Below are positions 59,560 to 64,000 of a stretch of DNA of 64,000 bases, piece after piece. Each line of letters begins with the position of its first letter. The first letter of the stretch is position 1. The notes beneath the pieces are model-generated. The model made no database searches and was not told where the DNA came from. It saw only the letters and a list, made by a program, of their open reading frames with translations. A program made the position numbers and the translations under genes. The stretch lies in contig DFKH01000083.1 in the NCBI GenBank assembly GCA_002373815.1, positions 2,376-66,375 on the forward strand. The letters run 5' to 3'. Source of the stretch: Alphaproteobacteria bacterium UBA3650. GTDB taxonomy: Bacteria; Pseudomonadota; Alphaproteobacteria; CAAHEQ01; UBA3637.

Positions 59560-60378
59560 ATGTATTCAGGTATTCCTTTTCCAGAAATCAATCCCGTTTT
59601 GTTTCAATGGGGATGGTTTGCAGTTCGTTGGTATTCATTGGCTTATATCTTTGGAATCTTAGGTGCGTGGTGGCTAGCGCGATTGATGTCAAAGAAATCT
59701 AGCAGTACATTTACTGTTTTAAAAATTGATGATTTTTTAATTTGGGGCACGATTGGTATTATTCTGGGCGGACGTTTAGGGTATTGTTTGTTTTATAACT
59801 TGAGATATTACTCCGAATTCCCGCTTCAAATTTTTCAAGTCTGGCAAGGAGGTATGTCCTTTCATGGCGGCTTATTAGGCGTTATGATTGCGGCTCTTTT
59901 ATTTTCATGGAAACGACAAATTTCATTGCTCACCATGGGGGATATTTTAGTTTGTGTAGCCCCTATTGGCTTATTTTTAGGGCGTTTAGCAAATTTCATT
60001 AACGGGGAATTATTCGGACGTATTACCCACTCTATTCCTTGGGCTATGATTTTCCCAGATGGTGGACCAGAACCTCGTCACCCGAGTCAATTGTACGAAG
60101 CAGGTGTTGAAGGCATTTTAATTTTTTTAATTTTAAATACGTTATGGTGGTTTGTTCCAGCTATTCGTAATCGACGTGGAACCACAACGGGATTATTCTT
60201 TATTCTTTATGGCGTGGGACGTTTTTTCTTGGAATACACACGTGAACCAGATGCTCACTTAGGCCTTATTTGGCACAGTTTTAGCATGGGACAGATTTTA
60301 TGTATCCCTATGATTTTGTTGGGACTCTTTTTTATTTTATTTTCAAAGAAGAATCTTATTTTCCATCAGGAGATATAA
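59560..60378 (+). CDS. lgt: prolipoprotein diacylglyceryl transferase
   Basis: Lgt-like N-terminus and topology. 272 aa. Confidence 0.9.
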   Translation: MYSGIPFPEINPVLFQWGWFAVRWYSLAYIFGILGAWWLARLMSKKSSSTFTVLKIDDFLIWGTIGIILGGRLGYCLFYNLRYYSEFPLQIFQVWQGGMSFHGGLLGVMIAALLFSWKRQISLLTMGDILVCVAPIGLFLGRLANFINGELFGRITHSIPWAMIFPDGGPEPRHPSQLYEAGVEGILIFLILNTLWWFVPAIRNRRGTTTGLFFILYGVGRFFLEYTREPDAHLGLIWHSFSMGQILCIPMILLGLFFILFSKKNLIFHQEI

Positions 60379-60966
60379 ATGGCACAAAGACATACTTGGT
60401 TTCAAAATATTGGCCGTTTATTTAAAAAACGCCTTGTTGTTCCTATTATCCGTTCTCCACATCCACCGGAACATACTGCAAGAGGTGTTGCTATTGGTAC
60501 CATGTGGGCTATGACGCCATTAGTTGGCATTCAGATGTGGTTGGTATCCATGACATGGATTTTTTACAAAAAAGTCCTTAAAAAATCTTTTTCATTGCCT
60601 TTAGGTTTGGCATTTACTTGGCTCACGAATGTTTTTACAATGGTACCCGTCTATTATGTTTTTTACGTCACAGGTCAAATGATGATGGGTAATTGGGATT
60701 CCATCAGTGGATATAGTCATCTCAAAAATATTATTCATCAAACATTTATGTCTGATTTATCTTTTGTTGATGAGTGGGTCTTATTTTTTAAACTTATTTT
60801 ACAAGATTGGGGATTTGCTATGATTATTGGCTGTATCCCATGGATGGTTATTGGTTATTGGTTGGGATCTCATTTAACATTACAGTTTTTAAAAGATTAT
60901 CATCTGATTCGCGAAAAAAGGCGTTTAGCAAAACTTCAAAAACATTTGGAGGAAATACACGAATGA
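60379..60966 (+). CDS. DUF2062 membrane protein
   Basis: RSPHPPEHTARGVAIGTMWAMTPLVGIQM is the conserved DUF2062 core. Confidence 0.55.
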   Translation: MAQRHTWFQNIGRLFKKRLVVPIIRSPHPPEHTARGVAIGTMWAMTPLVGIQMWLVSMTWIFYKKVLKKSFSLPLGLAFTWLTNVFTMVPVYYVFYVTGQMMMGNWDSISGYSHLKNIIHQTFMSDLSFVDEWVLFFKLILQDWGFAMIIGCIPWMVIGYWLGSHLTLQFLKDYHLIREKRRLAKLQKHLEEIHE

Positions 60967-61592
60967 TCTCTGTTTTTCAAGATATTCCTTTTATTCAAGC
61001 TGGATTTTGTAATGCTGAAGAAAGTTTGTCGCTTGAACACCCTATTTTAATGTCACAACAACATGGCACAGATGTACTTGTTTTGACAAGCGATCCTTCC
61101 GATTTACCAGAATGTGATGCTTTGGCAACCGCAGTTCCCTATTTAAGACTTACCGTTAAAACGGCCGATTGCGCCCCTGTTTTATTTGTAGATCCTCATG
61201 CTAAAATCATTGCGGCAGCACATGCTGGATGGAAAGGCGCTTTTCAAGGTGTTTTGGAAACAACCATTTTGACAATGCTGAGAATGGGCGCTTCTTTGCA
61301 AAATATTTGTGCTGCAGTGGGGCCTCATCTGACGCAAAAAAGTTTTCAAGTTCAACCTCAAATGCAGGCCCTTTTTCCCAAAACAGAACATCTTTTTTTT
61401 AAAACGACAGATGATGGCATACATTTTGATTTTACAGGATATATTTCTCATCGATTGAATCGAATTGGTCTTAAACAAATTGAAATAATAAATGTGGATA
61501 CATTTACAAATTTATCCTACAACAGCTTTCGCCGAGATCCACAAAATCCAGCTCGACAATACAGTTTTATTCAACTAACAAAAGGAGTCTAA
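60963..61592 (+). CDS. pgeF: PgeF/YfiH family (Cu-oxidase_4, purine nucleoside phosphorylase/peptidoglycan editing factor)
   Basis: TADCAPVLFVD...AAAHAGWKG conserved motifs. ATG at 60963 overlaps the upstream stop. Confidence 0.75.
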   Translation: MISVFQDIPFIQAGFCNAEESLSLEHPILMSQQHGTDVLVLTSDPSDLPECDALATAVPYLRLTVKTADCAPVLFVDPHAKIIAAAHAGWKGAFQGVLETTILTMLRMGASLQNICAAVGPHLTQKSFQVQPQMQALFPKTEHLFFKTTDDGIHFDFTGYISHRLNRIGLKQIEIINVDTFTNLSYNSFRRDPQNPARQYSFIQLTKGV

Positions 61593-61593
61593 C

Positions 61594-62490
61594 ATGTATG
61601 ATAATATTGAATTTGTTATTTGCGCCGCAGGAGAATGTACCCGCAACTTTCCTCATTCAAAAGCCATTGCTCATAAATCGTTATTACCCATGGGAGATGT
61701 GCGCATCATTGATTATACCTTACAAGATATTGTTCGGGCTGGGGGGCGCCACATTACTTTTGTTTGTTCTAATCAAAAAGTCATTGATGATTTTAAGCAT
61801 GCTTTAGCAACGGATACTCAGACAGAGCAAAAATTGCGTACCAAAGGCAAAAATGACATTGCTGATATTTTAAAAAGCACTTTTTTACCAGAGGATATTG
61901 ATTTAAAGTTTGTGATTCAAGATGAACCTTTAGGTACTGGACATGTTTTATATGTTGCCCGAGAAGCCATTCAAAAGCGTCACGTTGTTTTAATTTTCCC
62001 TGACGATATCATTATATCCAAAAATCAGAAGCAATCCCATTTCAAACGCCTTGTGGATACTTTTTTAAAGAACCCAAAAACAATTTTGATCACAGGTCTA
62101 TGGCGAGAAGATGTTAGTAACAATGCTATATTAGTCAATAATCGCATTATAGAGAAACCCAAAAATCCAACATCTCATATTGCAGGCATGTCCCCCAATG
62201 TTATCCCGAACGAGATTATTCAATTTTTGGCGGAACAGGGACCCGAAAAAGTTCAAAAAGCGCGTGAAGAACATAAAGAATGGATTTATCAAGATTCCGT
62301 CAATAGCTTTTTGGATCAAGGCGGAGAAGCCCAAGGGTTTAAGGTGGAAATGTTTTTAAAGGCGGATGAAGATCAAATGCTGGATACAGGTAATTTAGCT
62401 TTATATGAACAATGTCAACTCAAAATGCTCCTTGAACATTCTCAATACAAAGAACAAAACAAGGAATTTATCAAAAAAATATTGGATTAA
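61594..62490 (+). CDS. sugar-nucleotidyltransferase family protein (GalU/NTP_transferase-like)
   Basis: N-terminal VICAAGECTRNFPHSKAIAHKSLLPMGD resembles the G.GTR..P.TK..PK..LP nucleotidyltransferase motif. Confidence 0.55.
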   Translation: MYDNIEFVICAAGECTRNFPHSKAIAHKSLLPMGDVRIIDYTLQDIVRAGGRHITFVCSNQKVIDDFKHALATDTQTEQKLRTKGKNDIADILKSTFLPEDIDLKFVIQDEPLGTGHVLYVAREAIQKRHVVLIFPDDIIISKNQKQSHFKRLVDTFLKNPKTILITGLWREDVSNNAILVNNRIIEKPKNPTSHIAGMSPNVIPNEIIQFLAEQGPEKVQKAREEHKEWIYQDSVNSFLDQGGEAQGFKVEMFLKADEDQMLDTGNLALYEQCQLKMLLEHSQYKEQNKEFIKKILD

Positions 62491-63020
62491 CGTAACATTA
62501 AACAAACCCTTCCATTGTTCTGATCGCTACAATCTGTTTCACAAGCAGAATAGTCGGATCCGTAGTCATAGGCTGCGTCTGCAGCACTTTTACCATCTTC
62601 AATTGCGACCATATTGGCATAAGACATAATCACCAATCTTGAACAGGCTATATCTGGCAACTCTGTCATCATGATTCCAAATCGATCTGCCTTAGCGATA
62701 CCCTTGTCTGGTGAAATAATTTTTATGGCTCCAAATGGCCCCAGCACACCATCACTATCCATAGGTTGAGCCCCAGATAAAATATCATTGTTTAAAACAG
62801 CGTCTGCAATGGTTTCGGCTTTTGGATACCCTGCACTCCATGAATATAAATCAATGATTCCTTGAGATAATTCTTCTGCATCATTAAAGGTTGCATTGAT
62901 TTTATACATATTCACACCAAAGCCAATCCCCGCAATAGCACCATACATGATAACCCCCATAATGGCCAGAACGCCTAACATTTCCAACATAGTTCGTCCA
63001 GATTCGTTATGATTTTTCAT
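62487..63020 (-). CDS. type IV pilin-like protein with prepilin (class III) leader
   Basis: MKNHNESG|RTMLEMLGVLAIMGVIMYGAI has Gly-1, Glu+5 and a hydrophobic helix. C-terminal Cys pairs. Start trimmed from the ORF-track extension. Confidence 0.55.
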   Translation of the reverse strand: MKNHNESGRTMLEMLGVLAIMGVIMYGAIAGIGFGVNMYKINATFNDAEELSQGIIDLYSWSAGYPKAETIADAVLNNDILSGAQPMDSDGVLGPFGAIKIISPDKGIAKADRFGIMMTELPDIACSRLVIMSYANMVAIEDGKSAADAAYDYGSDYSACETDCSDQNNGRVCLMLR

Positions 63021-63813
63021 GCGTGCAATCTCCTTTTTCTTTTTTATACCCCGAAAATCCAAAAGTTTCAAGCATTTTTTCTAATCCCTTTTCATTTAAG
63101 ATTTTTTGTTGCTTTTTTGAAAAAGGAATCTGCAGCAAATCATTTGTCAATACGCCATATTTTTTCATCATTTTCAATGTTGTGTTCGCTCGAGGGCCTG
63201 TTATTATTTTAAACATTTCATCTCGACGTCTGTCCATTGATAGGGTGGATAGGTATGGTATAATTTTCGGCAGGGCTTGTTCCACTTGTTTATCCATTTT
63301 TTTTGTCCCCATTTTTGCCCAAAAACGAAAATATCTGAGCAATCTTAGATAATCTTCTTGCATCCGTTTGCTTGCATTTCCCACAAAGCGTACATTATGC
63401 GCTTGTAAATCTTTTAATCCATTTACATAATCATAGATTGTGCCATTCACATCTGCATAAAGCGCATTGATTGTAAAATCACGTCGGAGTGCATCAGTTT
63501 TCCATACTTTTGTGAATTTGACGACGGCATGTCGTCCATCCGTTTGAACATCTTTTCTTAAAGTTGTAATTTCAAATGGAGTCCCATTCACTTTGGCCAC
63601 AATTGTTCCAAATACTCGTCCAATTTCCAGATAGGCAATGTTATTTTTTTTCAATTGCTCTATTACTTCATCAGGTGTTAAAGTGGTTGCCATATCTCGA
63701 TCTTGAAAATGTTTATGCATTAAATAATCGCGCACACATCCGCCGACCAAACGCACTTTTCCATCTAGAATATCATATAAAAAAAGTGATTTTTCATCCC
63801 ATAATTTTTGCAT
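63007..63813 (-). CDS. cca: CCA-adding tRNA nucleotidyltransferase (PolyA_pol family)
   Basis: VRLVGGCVRDYLM...DRDMATT...RRDFTINALY head-domain motifs. Start trimmed to MQKLWDEK. Confidence 0.8.
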   Translation of the reverse strand: MQKLWDEKSLFLYDILDGKVRLVGGCVRDYLMHKHFQDRDMATTLTPDEVIEQLKKNNIAYLEIGRVFGTIVAKVNGTPFEITTLRKDVQTDGRHAVVKFTKVWKTDALRRDFTINALYADVNGTIYDYVNGLKDLQAHNVRFVGNASKRMQEDYLRLLRYFRFWAKMGTKKMDKQVEQALPKIIPYLSTLSMDRRRDEMFKIITGPRANTTLKMMKKYGVLTNDLLQIPFSKKQQKILNEKGLEKMLETFGFSGYKKEKGDCTHEKS

Positions 63814-63873
63814 ATTTTCATGATAGACAAAGATTTCTTGCAAATCAAGTGAAAAACGCGTATCATTTAAGCT

Positions 63874-64000
63874 ATGATGATTACAACAACCAAACAACTA
63901 ACAAAAGTCTGTACACGTTTTGCAAAGTATCCTTTTGTCACGGTGGATACTGAATTCATTCGTGAAAAGACGTATTATCCACAAGTTTGTTTGATTCAAT
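63874..64000 (+). CDS. rnd: ribonuclease D, N-terminal fragment (runs off the window end)
   Basis: MMITTTKQLTKVCTRFAKYPFVTVDTEFIREKTYYPQVCLIQ matches the RNase D DEDDy exonuclease N-terminus (VDTEF...LIQ). Confidence 0.55.
   Translation, partial: MMITTTKQLTKVCTRFAKYPFVTVDTEFIREKTYYPQVCLIQ

Noticed and set aside
63576-63953. 125-aa plus-strand ORF overlapping cca
   Set aside because: Antisense to the well-supported cca gene and in a different frame from the genuine downstream rnd start at 63874.

Overview
AT-rich chromosomal segment that I read as alphaproteobacterial. It encodes GapR (DUF2312), HdaA, a DivK-like single-domain response regulator, DUF1013, DUF2066, an ELM1-like DUF1022 protein and DUF4167. 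A secreted ankyrin-repeat protein, a secreted inhibitory serpin and a giant eukaryote-like Cys-rich secreted protein suggest an intracellular or endosymbiotic lifestyle. The housekeeping backbone is ordinary: lipid A/Kdo genes (lpxC, lpxK, waaA, kdsB and an LpxL-family acyltransferase), hdaA-ftsK-lolA, spoT-rpoZ-acpS, metG, pyrD, rsmE, rnhB, oadGAB, pckG, rho, lgt, pgeF, cca and three tRNAs. The first ~8 kb is a visibly more AT-rich integrated island abutting tRNA-Thr. It carries the 3' part of an AAA_21-type ATPase and an RloB-like gene (an AbiL-like pair truncated by the window edge). Next come an uncharacterised gene and a UDG-superfamily gene divergent from an XRE regulator, then an agmatine-deiminase/PAD-family gene. 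The island ends with a tyrosine integrase followed by a minimal HUH Rep-like protein and a Walker-A-less DnaB-like protein. A ~13-25 bp motif (TTATAAAAGACAC core) recurs four times in sense orientation upstream of island genes and of tRNA-Thr, and an inverted copy of the tRNA-Thr 3' half lies 280 bp away. Other notable items: tandem secreted transglutaminase-like paralogs next to divK, a kinase-REC-PP2C fusion protein, a tiny Cys-Gly peptide gene with strong RBS and terminator, an orphan type IV pilin-like gene, and an oad operon interrupted by an M16 peptidase gene. No CRISPR array or rRNA found.
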